Shown piece after piece: positions 40,247-49,849 of a stretch of 64,000 bases of DNA. Position numbers and translations under genes: made by a program. Source of the DNA: Desulfatiglandales bacterium (GTDB taxonomy: Bacteria; Desulfobacterota; DSM-4660; Desulfatiglandales; HGW-15); NCBI GenBank assembly GCA_963667015.2, contig CAXXJJ010000004.1:1024001-1088000 (forward strand), given 5' to 3'. Each line of letters starts with the position of its first letter. The stretch's first letter is position 1. The notes under the pieces are model-generated. The model saw only the letters and a program-made list of their open reading frames with translations. It did not search any database and was not told where the DNA came from.

Positions 40247-40702
40247 TCAGGTTGGAGGATCACTTACAAATCTCTTCATGGGCGACATGGCTATCTGGAA
40301 TACAGGCTTGGTTATCTTTCTGAAACCCAGGCCCCCGTGGCTCACACCGGCAGGGATAAAGATAAAACAGGTTTTTGTGATGGTCATTTTTTCGCCTCCT
40401 ATGCTGAAAGCGATTTCACCTCCAAGATCGGTTGTATCCCCCATATCGCTACCGACAAAACCGCAAATCTCATCATAATCATGTGTATGTTCCGGATGTT
40501 CCCGCTCGGGCAGCGAATCTACCGCCCAGGCAGCCTCAACATAAAAAGACCCGGGAACTACGCTGTCATCCATATAAATAACACGTTTAATGGGATCATC
40601 CGCAGGGTTTTTGTTCGCCAGATCTTCGGCTTCAAAATCATGTACGCCTTCCGGCACTTTAAGATTGTTACAAACTACTGCTTTTTGCTTGTTATCTGTC
40701 AT
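40247..40702 (-). CDS. Cupin-like protein
   Basis: HTHDYDE...GGEI and FIPAGVSHG cupin metal motifs. Confidence 0.75.
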   Translation of the reverse strand: MTDNKQKAVVCNNLKVPEGVHDFEAEDLANKNPADDPIKRVIYMDDSVVPGSFYVEAAWAVDSLPEREHPEHTHDYDEICGFVGSDMGDTTDLGGEIAFSIGGEKMTITKTCFIFIPAGVSHGGLGFRKITKPVFQIAMSPMKRFVSDPPT

Positions 40703-40721
40703 GATTAACTCCTGTTGTCTA

Positions 40722-40746
40722 AGACGGGTTTAAAACCCGTCTCTAC
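40722..40746 (-). repeat. GTAG-type REP-like palindrome
   Basis: AGACGGGTTTAAAACCCGTCT-CTAC. Second copy at 47719-47743. Confidence 0.7.
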
Positions 40747-40754
40747 AAAATATT

Positions 40755-43199
40755 TTACAGATTGTGTTCGCTCCTGTTGATCACATCATCCTGAATGCCG
40801 GGCGAAAGCTGTGTGAAATATGCGCTGAAACCGCCTATCCTTACAATCAGATCCTTATGTTTTTCAGGATTCACCTTGGCGTCTTTAAGTTCATTGGTAT
40901 CAACCATGTTGTACTGAATGTGGGATCCGTTGTTTCCCATAAAGGCGTTTGTGTAGGCAACAAGCTTGTCTATGCTCTCTTCACTCTGCACTATGGATGA
41001 TGAAAACTTCTGGTTAAGAACTGAGGCATAGGATTCCTTTGATCCTGCCTTTAATGCGGACCGGAGCACTGCGGTTGGGCCTTTTTTATCTGCTCCGCGC
41101 ATGGGTGAAAGAGATCCGTCATTGAGCGGTTCAAGCGCCTTTCTTCCGTTGGGAAGCGCACCTGCTCCCAGGCCCCCAAAGTAATGCCAGGCAAGCCCTT
41201 CCCTTGCAACAAGGTATTTCCTGTATGGCGCGTTGTCATAGCTCCTTATTATATCATATGAATCTTTGCTTATTTTACCCACCAGGCTGTCGATCTCATC
41301 AATGTCATTTCCGTATTTGGGCTGGTTAAGGCACATCTGCCTGATCTCTTCACCCCTGGCCCCTTCAAAGTTGCTGTCCAGGGCATCCAGCAGTTCGGTC
41401 ATGGTAAGTTTCTTTTCTTCAAATACCAGTTTCTTAACAGCCATGAGAGAGTCGGCAACGTCCACTATTGCCCTGTCGGATATACCGAACATGGAGTAAT
41501 CAGGATGTGGAATGAGCAGATCCTGTCCGTTTTCCATGGTCTTCTCAATTCCCATTACAGAGAGGAAGGGAAGTCTCATGTGCTTTGGCTGTTCCTTTCT
41601 GGCGATTGCGGCAAGCCAGAAGATGCGATTGGTTATGTATTTTATCTGCTCCATGAGGGCATTATAGATATCGTCAAAACTTTTGAACGCCCTGGGATCA
41701 CCTGTCTCTACACCGGTAAGTGTACCGTTGATATCAACACCGTTATGGAACACCAGGTGAAGCAGTGCCGCCATATTAAAGGCTGCCACACCTTCGGCCC
41801 CGTAGTGTTCTGCCCTCGTGGGCAGGCAGGGGTAAACGCATCCAAGGCCGCACCATTCCCTTGCCTCCTCGACGGGTATGCCGTCTTCTACAAAATGAGA
41901 GATAACAACCTCATCGTTTTCAAACAGGGGAATGCCGCCCTTTGTGGCCATGTTCGTACGGATCGCCTTGTTCATCAGCCATTCGGGTGTCTCTTTGTTC
42001 CAGCGAAGGCCTACTGTTGGGGATGAAAGCTGCAGCAGGCCTACCACGTGGAGAAACAGGTAACTAAGTTCATTTGAGGCGTCTACACCGGTTTTATCTA
42101 CGCCGCCTACCATTATATTATTTATTGCAAAGTTGATCTGGTGGGATTCTTTGAGGCTCTCCGCGGCAACAAAGGTCTGGGTTCCCCATCTTCCGATAAG
42201 TTCGGACAGCAGGTCCGATGCCTTCTCAAGGGTAATGGCATTGCTTTTAATATCCTCTATAAAGTAGGGGTAGAGATACTGGTCGCCTCTTCCCCACTGG
42301 GGATTATTATGCATGGGGTTTTCGTAATTTTTACACACACCGATAATGGACATGCACTGCAGCGCCTCACGGAAGCTCCTTGCCGGAAACTCGGGCACAT
42401 GTCTGCATATACGTGAGATCTCAAGAAGTTCGGCTTTACGCTCTTCATCCGCTTCCTTGGCTGCCATATCTGCTGCAAGATCCGCATACCTGTTGGCGTG
42501 TTTTATTGCAGCTTCACAAACAATAATTGCAGATTCCCAGAAATAGAGTTTGTCGATCCCCGTTTCATGGTTCTTTTTAAAATTTTCTATACGGGTCTTT
42601 GCCTCGTCAATAAAACTCCTTACCCCCTTGTTGAGTATCTTTTCCCACATAAGAACCGATGTGCACTGGCCGTATATTCCCACATCAAGGGTAGGATCCT
42701 TGAGCTTTGCCTTTTCAGCATCCCTTGCCCACGATCCTACTGCCTTTTCCCATGCCTTGTATGTCATTTCGGGAGCGGTTTTACCGGCAAACATGCGTGC
42801 GCTGTTACGAAGAATCTCGATGCTCTCCTTATCCAGCCCCACATTGGCATCCATTGTAACATTAAGCTGTTCATCGTCTTTCCAGATGTCGGGTATATAG
42901 TCTCCGGATATATCAAAGGATGTGGCACATCCTATGATATCGGGTGCAAGACGGCCGGCTATCAGATCACAGTCCTGTATGCGGATTTCAATGTTTTCCA
43001 GGATCTTTTCAAGAAGCCTTGCACGTCGGATCTGGATATCCTGCCCTTCTGTTTTCTGCCATGATTCTGCAGTCCATTTTGCCCTGTCTGCAAAAAGCTT
43101 CCACTCAGACGAGTTCACCGCCTTTTTCCAGTTTTTAATGCGCTCACTCATGGTAAGCTCATCAATTTGTCCAAGCAGGCCGGTATCTATATCTTTCAT
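40755..43199 (-). CDS. Glycyl radical enzyme, atypical Cys loop
   Basis: GRGDQYLYPY, Cys loop WCGLGCVYPC, DGSLSP, LNQKF, HIQYN and glycyl loop LIVRIGGFSAYF. Confidence 0.92.
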   Translation of the reverse strand: MKDIDTGLLGQIDELTMSERIKNWKKAVNSSEWKLFADRAKWTAESWQKTEGQDIQIRRARLLEKILENIEIRIQDCDLIAGRLAPDIIGCATSFDISGDYIPDIWKDDEQLNVTMDANVGLDKESIEILRNSARMFAGKTAPEMTYKAWEKAVGSWARDAEKAKLKDPTLDVGIYGQCTSVLMWEKILNKGVRSFIDEAKTRIENFKKNHETGIDKLYFWESAIIVCEAAIKHANRYADLAADMAAKEADEERKAELLEISRICRHVPEFPARSFREALQCMSIIGVCKNYENPMHNNPQWGRGDQYLYPYFIEDIKSNAITLEKASDLLSELIGRWGTQTFVAAESLKESHQINFAINNIMVGGVDKTGVDASNELSYLFLHVVGLLQLSSPTVGLRWNKETPEWLMNKAIRTNMATKGGIPLFENDEVVISHFVEDGIPVEEAREWCGLGCVYPCLPTRAEHYGAEGVAAFNMAALLHLVFHNGVDINGTLTGVETGDPRAFKSFDDIYNALMEQIKYITNRIFWLAAIARKEQPKHMRLPFLSVMGIEKTMENGQDLLIPHPDYSMFGISDRAIVDVADSLMAVKKLVFEEKKLTMTELLDALDSNFEGARGEEIRQMCLNQPKYGNDIDEIDSLVGKISKDSYDIIRSYDNAPYRKYLVAREGLAWHYFGGLGAGALPNGRKALEPLNDGSLSPMRGADKKGPTAVLRSALKAGSKESYASVLNQKFSSSIVQSEESIDKLVAYTNAFMGNNGSHIQYNMVDTNELKDAKVNPEKHKDLIVRIGGFSAYFTQLSPGIQDDVINRSEHNL

Positions 43200-43564
43200 A
43201 TTTATTCTCCGTAAAATGTAAAAATCTCCAAATATCTCAAAAATTTTTAATATTTTAAAAAAATAAGCAGATATTATTGATATGTCAATTAATTTAAACA
43301 GTTAATTTTTTTGATTAATCAGTAATTTCGTAAACTTATCGCGTCTTCAACTACTTAGCTGATATATTTTTTCATTTTTTGGACTGCTGCATTGGCATTC
43401 GATATGGCGGAGGGCTGTTTAGCATTGACATACAAAATCTCACTCCATATATTCGACTCTTAAAACAATAGGAATTTATTAGTGTCCGTCCGGATTAAAG
43501 CCGTTTCTGAACGAAGTTTCAACATTCGGTTAAATAATATCAGGATCAAAAAGGAGAAGTCATA

Positions 43565-45655
43565 ATGAGCGGGAAGGTGCATTTTGAAAAACTGTTTTCG
43601 CCTTTTAATATAGGGAAGATGGTGGTTAAAAACCGGATAATAAAGACTGCCGCAGAAATGAATACCCATGACCCCATTGATGCCCACATGAACCAGCGCA
43701 CCATCGACTATGTGGAGGCTGTGGCCAAAGGTGGCGCTGGTATGGTCATACTCTGGAACGCCTACCTTGATTATCCTTTGGGCGCCAGGATGCCCGATGG
43801 ATTGCGAATTGACGATGACGAATACATCCCGGGCTTTAAAAAACTGGCAGATGCGGTCCACAAATACGGCTGTAAATTATCCGCGCAGATGATGCATGCC
43901 GGACCCTGGTGCCCGGCCTCGCTTGCCGGACGCCCGCCGATCGCGGCCTCGGTAATGAGAGAGAACGTGTATGGATTTTTAAGCGATGAAACCGTTGAGG
44001 CAACAATTGCCGAAATTGAAGATATACAGGAAAAGTTCGTAAGGGCCGGGGAGCGCTTCAGGGAGGCAGGTATTGACCACCTTGAGATACACTGCGGCAC
44101 CCAGCACCTGGGCAACACCTTTATGTCCCGTCACTGGAATAAACGCCGGGACCAGTACGGCCCTCAAAGCCTGGAGAACAGGGCCCGTTTCATGGTCGAG
44201 ATCCTTCAGAAGATGAAGAAAAGCCTTGGGCAGGACTTCCCCATCGGAGTCCTCTATAATGCAGCCGAATATGGAGTAGACGACGGCATAACACCTGAAG
44301 AGGGTCAGGAGTTTGGCCGGATATTTGAGGCCGCAGGTGCAGACAACCTTCATCCCAAGGCCGATGGTATGGGGCCCCTTTACAGCCTGATAAACTGGCC
44401 TGAAGCGGTCTGCTATCCCGAGGTTCCGGACCCGTTGCCCAAAGAACTGGATGGTAGCCATAGCGGGGCCGGATTCTGGGTGCCCCTGGCCGCAATGGTA
44501 AGGGATGCGGTTAATATCCCGGTGATTGCCACCGCAGGCATCGACGCCATAATGGCAGAGAAGATCCTGCAGGATGATAAGGCGGATTTTATCGGTATGA
44601 CCAGACGCCTGCTGGCAGATCCGGATCTCCCCAACAAGGCCCTTGAAGGAAGACTTGAAGACATTGCGCCATGTACCCGATGTCTTTCCTGCATAGAGGC
44701 AATACATACACAGTATGTTCCGGGTGAATTTGGAAAATCATTCTGCCGTATAAATGCTTCTCTGGTAAAAGAGCGTGAATACGAGATCAAACAAGCTGAT
44801 AAGAAGAAAAAGGTTATGGTAGTAGGCGGCGGACCCGCAGGAATGGAGGCCGCAAGGGTAGCGGCCTTAAGGGGACACGAAGTGGTACTCTATGAAAAAG
44901 AACATAAACTGGGCGGGTCAGTACCGGTTGCAGCCACGATTAAGGGGGTCGAGATTGAGGACCTTCCTGCCCTGGTCAGCTATCTCGAAACCCAGATCAC
45001 CAAACTGGGTGTTAAGATTCATACCGCAAAAGAGGTCAATAAGGTGCTGGTTGAGAAGGTTAAACCGGATGTGCTCATACTGGCAACAGGCGGGAAGTAT
45101 CATATACCTGAAATACCCGGTATCGATTCCCGCAAGGTGGTCAGGGCAGCCGACCTGAACAGCAAGCTTAAAAAGGCATTAAGGTTTGCAAGCCCGGCCA
45201 AACTCACATGGGCCACCAAATTATGGATGCCCATAGGAAATAAAGTTGTCATTATCGGCGGCGGCATACACGGTCTCCAGACAGCGGTGTTTCTGGTAAA
45301 ACGCGGTAAAAAGGTAACGGTCGTGGAAGAGGCCGAAAAAATGGGTGCAATGGTAATCGAAAACCATAAGGTGCGCCTGTTTGGATGGCTGGAGGAAAAG
45401 GGAGTGCAGATGTTTTCCGGTGCCAGGTATGAGGAGATAACGAATGCTGGCCTGACCATCACTACCAGCGAGGGAGAGAAAATAACCCTTGAGGCAGATA
45501 CAATATTGCCTGCGCTTCCCATGGAGCCCAACAGCGAGATTCTGGAAATCTTTAAGGATACGGCACCTGAAGTCTATCAGATAGGCGATTGCGGTAATCC
45601 TGCACTTATTATAGATGCTATAGGGGACGGTTCACGCATTGGTAGGGCGATATAA
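43565..45655 (+). CDS. NADH:flavin oxidoreductase (OYE TIM barrel + 4Fe-4S + FAD/NAD domain; 2,4-dienoyl-CoA reductase/BaiH-like architecture)
   Basis: VKNRI, NKRRDQYG..SLENRARF, ADPDLPNK, CTRCLSC...CRIN, VVGGGPAGMEAA and IGDC. Confidence 0.92.
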   Translation: MSGKVHFEKLFSPFNIGKMVVKNRIIKTAAEMNTHDPIDAHMNQRTIDYVEAVAKGGAGMVILWNAYLDYPLGARMPDGLRIDDDEYIPGFKKLADAVHKYGCKLSAQMMHAGPWCPASLAGRPPIAASVMRENVYGFLSDETVEATIAEIEDIQEKFVRAGERFREAGIDHLEIHCGTQHLGNTFMSRHWNKRRDQYGPQSLENRARFMVEILQKMKKSLGQDFPIGVLYNAAEYGVDDGITPEEGQEFGRIFEAAGADNLHPKADGMGPLYSLINWPEAVCYPEVPDPLPKELDGSHSGAGFWVPLAAMVRDAVNIPVIATAGIDAIMAEKILQDDKADFIGMTRRLLADPDLPNKALEGRLEDIAPCTRCLSCIEAIHTQYVPGEFGKSFCRINASLVKEREYEIKQADKKKKVMVVGGGPAGMEAARVAALRGHEVVLYEKEHKLGGSVPVAATIKGVEIEDLPALVSYLETQITKLGVKIHTAKEVNKVLVEKVKPDVLILATGGKYHIPEIPGIDSRKVVRAADLNSKLKKALRFASPAKLTWATKLWMPIGNKVVIIGGGIHGLQTAVFLVKRGKKVTVVEEAEKMGAMVIENHKVRLFGWLEEKGVQMFSGARYEEITNAGLTITTSEGEKITLEADTILPALPMEPNSEILEIFKDTAPEVYQIGDCGNPALIIDAIGDGSRIGRAI

Positions 45656-45675
45656 TTCAAAAAGGAGAGGTAATT

Positions 45676-46074
45676 ATGACACGTGATGAATTTGATGTTT
45701 ACCTGAAAAAATTTAACAGCAGGGATTATGAAGGATTTCTTGATTATTTCGCTGATGATAATGAATTCGAACTGGTACATATCGGCGGTTCCTTTAAAAC
45801 CCGGGAATCAGTAAAGAAGTTCTATGATTTTCTTCATGCATATATCAAGGAAAGCGTGATCGTGGATCGTTTTGTTTCTGATGAAAATAATGTGGTGCTT
45901 GAGGTCAGGGTAAAGATTGAGGGAGTGAAGGAATTAACTGCCGACGCAATAGCAGCCTCTGACTGGTCCAGGCTCACACCGCTTAAAGTTGGCCAGGCAG
46001 CAGAGATTCCCCAGTTCATTCATTACCACCTGGAAAATGGAAAATTTGTGAAGGTTGTTTGTGCGGAACTGTAA
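45676..46074 (+). CDS. SnoaL/NTF2-like protein
   Basis: YLKKFNSRDYEGFLDYFADD and FIHYHLENGKF patterns. AGGAG RBS. Confidence 0.75.
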   Translation: MTRDEFDVYLKKFNSRDYEGFLDYFADDNEFELVHIGGSFKTRESVKKFYDFLHAYIKESVIVDRFVSDENNVVLEVRVKIEGVKELTADAIAASDWSRLTPLKVGQAAEIPQFIHYHLENGKFVKVVCAEL

Positions 46075-46078
46075 TATA

Positions 46079-46314
46079 GGGTAGATACGCAGGTCAGCCC
46101 CTGTGATATAAAAGATAATAATATTTCTTGTAGAGGCGGACCTGTGTGTCCGCCTGTTTTTTAAATATAAAACCTCTGCACAACAGATTATAAAATTCGG
46201 GCATGATACCCGGATTGTTTTGGGCAGGCACAGGGGCCTGCCCCTACAGGTAAAATAAAAACACCCGGAGATAACCTGTACACAATGTAGGGGTCGAGAC
46301 CCCTGTGTCGGCCC
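46079..46314. repeat. Cluster of four GTAG REP-like palindromes (REPIN/BIME-like)
   Basis: GTAGAGGCGGACCTGTGTGTCCGCC (46130), inverted GGGCAGGCACAGGGGCCTGCCCCTAC (46222), GTAGGGGTCGAGACCCCTGTGTCGGCCC (46287) and a degenerate copy at 46079. Confidence 0.75.
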
Positions 46315-46329
46315 GTCTTTTGTTTTTTT

Positions 46330-46777
46330 TCATTTCAACAATCCCTCCAGCATCTTCAGAATCCGGCTCAGTAAAATCAAGCGTTCCCCATATCAGGATT
46401 TGTATTTTCAGCTCTTCCTCAAAATAAACTGCATCTATCCTGCATCGGTTATTCTGTCCGGAATTGCTGTTTGCAATGGCAACCAGCGTATTACTGATCC
46501 TTATGGATTCCTCCCTGTCTATATTTTCAGCATGAACTACAGCTGAAACCCATGGTTCGGGCGTAATTTCTGCCTTTGTCTTCTGTACAGGAGAAATACT
46601 TTTCTCCGGATTGGTTCCGGCTCCAACAAAACCGCTTAAATCATTTCCATGTATTCGCCATCGGCCTCCTACTTTATTTGCAGCCAGCTTTCCTTCCTTT
46701 ATATATCTGAGAACTGTTTTTTTATGAACCTCAAGGAGTTCTGCAACCTTTTCAACTGAATAAAGATACCTTTCCAT
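46330..46777 (-). CDS. Excisionase-like helix-turn-helix DNA-binding protein (probable frameshift near 3' end)
   Basis: YSVEKVAELLEVHKKTVLRYIKEGKLAANKVGGRWRI. An alternate frame near 46365 gives RILKMLEGLLK* (stop 46330-46332), whereas the ORF-track frame runs into REP repeats. Confidence 0.75.
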
Positions 46778-46999
46778 TACCTTAAAATCCCCTTTATTAT
46801 TTTTATTGTACCTTTTTACTACCGTTTATTCCTTTTTGTCAACTTTTATTTTAATCGCTAAATTCATTTGACATAGATACATAAGTTATCTATTTTAATT
46901 TTAACTGGCTTGATATTATTAAGTCCTGCCACGCCAGTGCATTATCAGCAGCAAGATCAACCAAATTTTCTGAATAATTACCATGGGAGGAATTAACTG

Positions 47000-47659
47000 A
47001 TGAAAAAAATTACGATAATATTTCTGATTGGTCTATTTTTTCTGGTTAACGTCGGCGCTTCAATTGCAGAAGAAGTAATAAAGCTTCCTGACCCTCAAAC
47101 AGACGGCGGAATGCCTTTAATGAAGGCCTTAAGCCTGAGGAAAAGTACAAGGGGCAACTTTGGACCGGATAAAAAGCTGTCAATGCAGCAGATGTCAAAC
47201 ATGCTCTGGGCTGCCAATGGAATAAACAGACCCGGCACCAACCATCGCACCGCACCTTCAGCTGCCGACTGGCAGAATATCGATATCTACGTTACCACGG
47301 CTGATGGATACTATCTCTATGATGCGAAAACCCATTCACTGAAGGTCCTGGGAAAGGAGGATATTCGTAAAATCAGTGGCCAGCAGCCTTTTGTTACCGA
47401 GGCGCCTGTAAATCTGATATATGTTGCAGACTACGAAAAAGCAAGCTTTGGCGGCCAGAGAATGAAGGACACAGAGGTAACATGGTCATATGCAAATACC
47501 GGAGTTATAGCCCAAAATGTATACCTGTGGTGTGCATCAGAAGGTCTTGCCTGTATTGTCAGGGCAATGGCCGATAAAGACCTGATTGCCAAAACCCTTA
47601 ACCTTAGGCCTGAGCAGCATTTTATGCTGGCACAGACCATTGCACATTTTAAGGACTAG
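47000..47659 (+). CDS. SagB/ThcOx-family nitroreductase, exported
   Basis: Signal peptide, IKLPDP, RKSTR, LWAANG..RTAPSA and IAQNVYL. Confidence 0.88.
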   Translation: MKKITIIFLIGLFFLVNVGASIAEEVIKLPDPQTDGGMPLMKALSLRKSTRGNFGPDKKLSMQQMSNMLWAANGINRPGTNHRTAPSAADWQNIDIYVTTADGYYLYDAKTHSLKVLGKEDIRKISGQQPFVTEAPVNLIYVADYEKASFGGQRMKDTEVTWSYANTGVIAQNVYLWCASEGLACIVRAMADKDLIAKTLNLRPEQHFMLAQTIAHFKD

Positions 47660-47718
47660 CTGATCTCATAGTGTAAAATTTAATTGTAATAATCATGTTA
47701 TTATGAATTAAAAAAAAC

Positions 47719-47743
47719 AGAGACGGGTTTTAAACCCGTCTCT
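47719..47743. repeat. REP-like palindrome, possibly acting as terminator
   Basis: AGAGACGGGTTTTAAACCCGTCTCT, matching 40722-40746. Confidence 0.65.
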
Positions 47744-47904
47744 TCCCCCAGTGGTAATCCACACATCCCTTCAAGGTACCTTTTTCACAAATATGAGATC
47801 TTCTATTTTAAACACAGTAATGGGACATCTTTAAATAAGCCGGTAGACTTTAGAGTAACAAGTGTTTACATTATACAAATACCAACCTTTTTAGAGAGAA
47901 TAAT

Positions 47905-49827
47905 ATGTTTCGATATGCAAGATACCTTTTTTTCTTCTTTTCTCTCCTCATCACCCTATCGGCCTATGCTGAAGACCGCCCGTTTGAAATAAAGACCAAT
48001 GCAAAGGTGGTTGCCTTTGGGGATGTTCATGGTGCCTTTGATGAACTGGTTTCACTTCTTAAAGAAACAGGAATGATTGATAGCGATCTAATCTGGACCG
48101 GTGGTGACAGCCATCTTGTAAGTCTTGGGGATCTCGTAGACAGGGGTCCACGGTCACGTGATGTTGTTGATCTTATCATGAAACTGCAGTCCCAGGCCCC
48201 TGAATCAGGAGGAGAAGTACATGTGCTGCTCGGTAATCATGAACTTATGTCTTTGACCGGCAACCGTGATTACGCCAAAAAGTCTGACTATGCAGCTTTT
48301 GCTCAGGATGAAACAGAAAGGGAAAGGAATGATCTTAGACAGAGATACATTAAAGATCATGAAAATAAAAAAGAAAAAGATTTCAGTGAAGAATTTGACA
48401 GACTTTTTCCGCCGGGCTTTATAGCGCTGGACAGGGCATTCAGCCTGAACGGCTATATAGGAAAATGGCTTCTGGCTCAACCGGTTATACTTAAAATAAA
48501 TGACACGGTTTTTGTACATGGCGGAATCCCATCGGGTTTTGTAAAAAAATCTCTTTCTGAAATAAATGAAGAAGGCAGGACACACCTGAACAGATATCTA
48601 AAGACCGTTGACCGGTTGAGTGCAGCGAACATTTTACCGAAATATGTCGGTTTTTATGATCGCCTGCCCTACCTCAACAGCAAGGCAAAAAAGTTAATAG
48701 ATGCCGATCCGGAGGTTAACACCAATCCCCAAAAACGACCTGCATGGTTCAATGATGTGCTGGAACTTAATGAATCTCAGCAGTCATGGATATTTACCGG
48801 TGAAGGTCCCCTGTGGTACAGGGGCACATCGGTCTGTAATGTTAACTGCGAATCATTCAATACAGAGAGATTTCTGAAAAATGTGAAGGCTGCACGTGTC
48901 GTGGTCGGGCATACTCCAACCTCCGGTCACCAGGTAATCGATCGAATGGACGGGATGGTTTTACGCCTTGATACGGGTATGCTGAACAGCTACTACAGGG
49001 GGCAGGCATCTGCTCTGATAATCGAGAAGGACCATTTATATGTTCACTACCCGGGGAACCCTGAAAAAACGCCTCCGGAGAAGGAAAGCTTCAGCCTTTC
49101 CAGAAAACTTTCCGGGATGAACGATTCGGAGCTGGAGGATTTTCTGTTAACAGGCGAGATGATCAATAAAAAGGATCTGGGCACGGGTATCACCAGGCCA
49201 ATGAAAATCACACTTAAGAAGGGTGAGAAAACTATAAACGCAGTGTTCAAGACATATGACTCCAGTCCCGGTTTTGAGAATACAGGAACGAGCTTTAGAA
49301 ACAGAGGCTCTGATGAAACTGACAGATACGTTTATGATGTAGCAGCCTATCGTCTGGACAGAATGCTTGATCTGCAGATGGTGCCGACTGCAGTTCTGAG
49401 GAAAATAGACGGAAAAGAGGGAGTTCTACAGTACTGGGTAGAAAACAGTATCAATGAAAGGGACAGAGAAAAAGACAATATTTCATTTGACAGTTTCTGC
49501 AGCAAAAAGGAACAATACTGGTTGAGATATCTATTTGATATTCTAATATATAATGAAGACCGAAACCTGACAAACATCCTCTGGACGAAAAATGATTTCA
49601 TGATGGTATTTATAGATCACTCAAGGGCATTCAGCAACAGTGGAAGTCGCCCAAAAATGTATCGAAAAGTCCCTTTGTATATATCTGATTTTTTGAGGAA
49701 AAAGCTTGAAAACTTAAACACGGACAACCTGAATGAAGCGCTGTCGCCCTATCTTAACAGGTTTCAGATCAACGCGATCATAAAGCGAAGAGACCGAATC
49801 ATGAAGGAAGGGAAATATACCGGTTAA
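47905..49827 (+). CDS. Exported fusion of a Shewanella-like metallophosphoesterase and a PI4K-like (atypical) kinase domain
   Basis: Signal peptide ...LSAYA|ED. Phosphatase motifs GDVHG, GDLVDRG, GNHE, HGG, GPLWYRG, GHT and DTG. Kinase motifs GTGIT, AVFK, VAAYRLD, GVLQYWV, DILIYNEDRNLTNIL and IDHSRAF. Confidence 0.85.
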   Translation: MFRYARYLFFFFSLLITLSAYAEDRPFEIKTNAKVVAFGDVHGAFDELVSLLKETGMIDSDLIWTGGDSHLVSLGDLVDRGPRSRDVVDLIMKLQSQAPESGGEVHVLLGNHELMSLTGNRDYAKKSDYAAFAQDETERERNDLRQRYIKDHENKKEKDFSEEFDRLFPPGFIALDRAFSLNGYIGKWLLAQPVILKINDTVFVHGGIPSGFVKKSLSEINEEGRTHLNRYLKTVDRLSAANILPKYVGFYDRLPYLNSKAKKLIDADPEVNTNPQKRPAWFNDVLELNESQQSWIFTGEGPLWYRGTSVCNVNCESFNTERFLKNVKAARVVVGHTPTSGHQVIDRMDGMVLRLDTGMLNSYYRGQASALIIEKDHLYVHYPGNPEKTPPEKESFSLSRKLSGMNDSELEDFLLTGEMINKKDLGTGITRPMKITLKKGEKTINAVFKTYDSSPGFENTGTSFRNRGSDETDRYVYDVAAYRLDRMLDLQMVPTAVLRKIDGKEGVLQYWVENSINERDREKDNISFDSFCSKKEQYWLRYLFDILIYNEDRNLTNILWTKNDFMMVFIDHSRAFSNSGSRPKMYRKVPLYISDFLRKKLENLNTDNLNEALSPYLNRFQINAIIKRRDRIMKEGKYTG

Positions 49828-49849
49828 CCCTTTTTAAAAGAGAAAAATA

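Noticed and set aside
40764..45531. Many long antisense or alternate-frame ORFs (e.g. 41505-42026, 42498-43064, 43979-44707)
   Set aside because: These are shadows of well-supported genes in a GC-richer stretch, with no recognisable motifs.
46079..46314. Possible mini-CRISPR array
   Set aside because: Repeats are non-identical, alternate in orientation and have irregular spacing. No cas genes are present.
46244..46777. Excisionase-like HTH as evidence of a prophage or ICE
   Set aside because: No integrase, att-like repeats or phage/conjugation genes nearby. It has a C-terminal extension typical of a stand-alone regulator.
47000..47659. SagB/ThcOx protein as a sign of a RiPP (azole peptide) cluster
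   Set aside because: No YcaO, precursor peptide or cyclodehydratase nearby. Stand-alone members are common.
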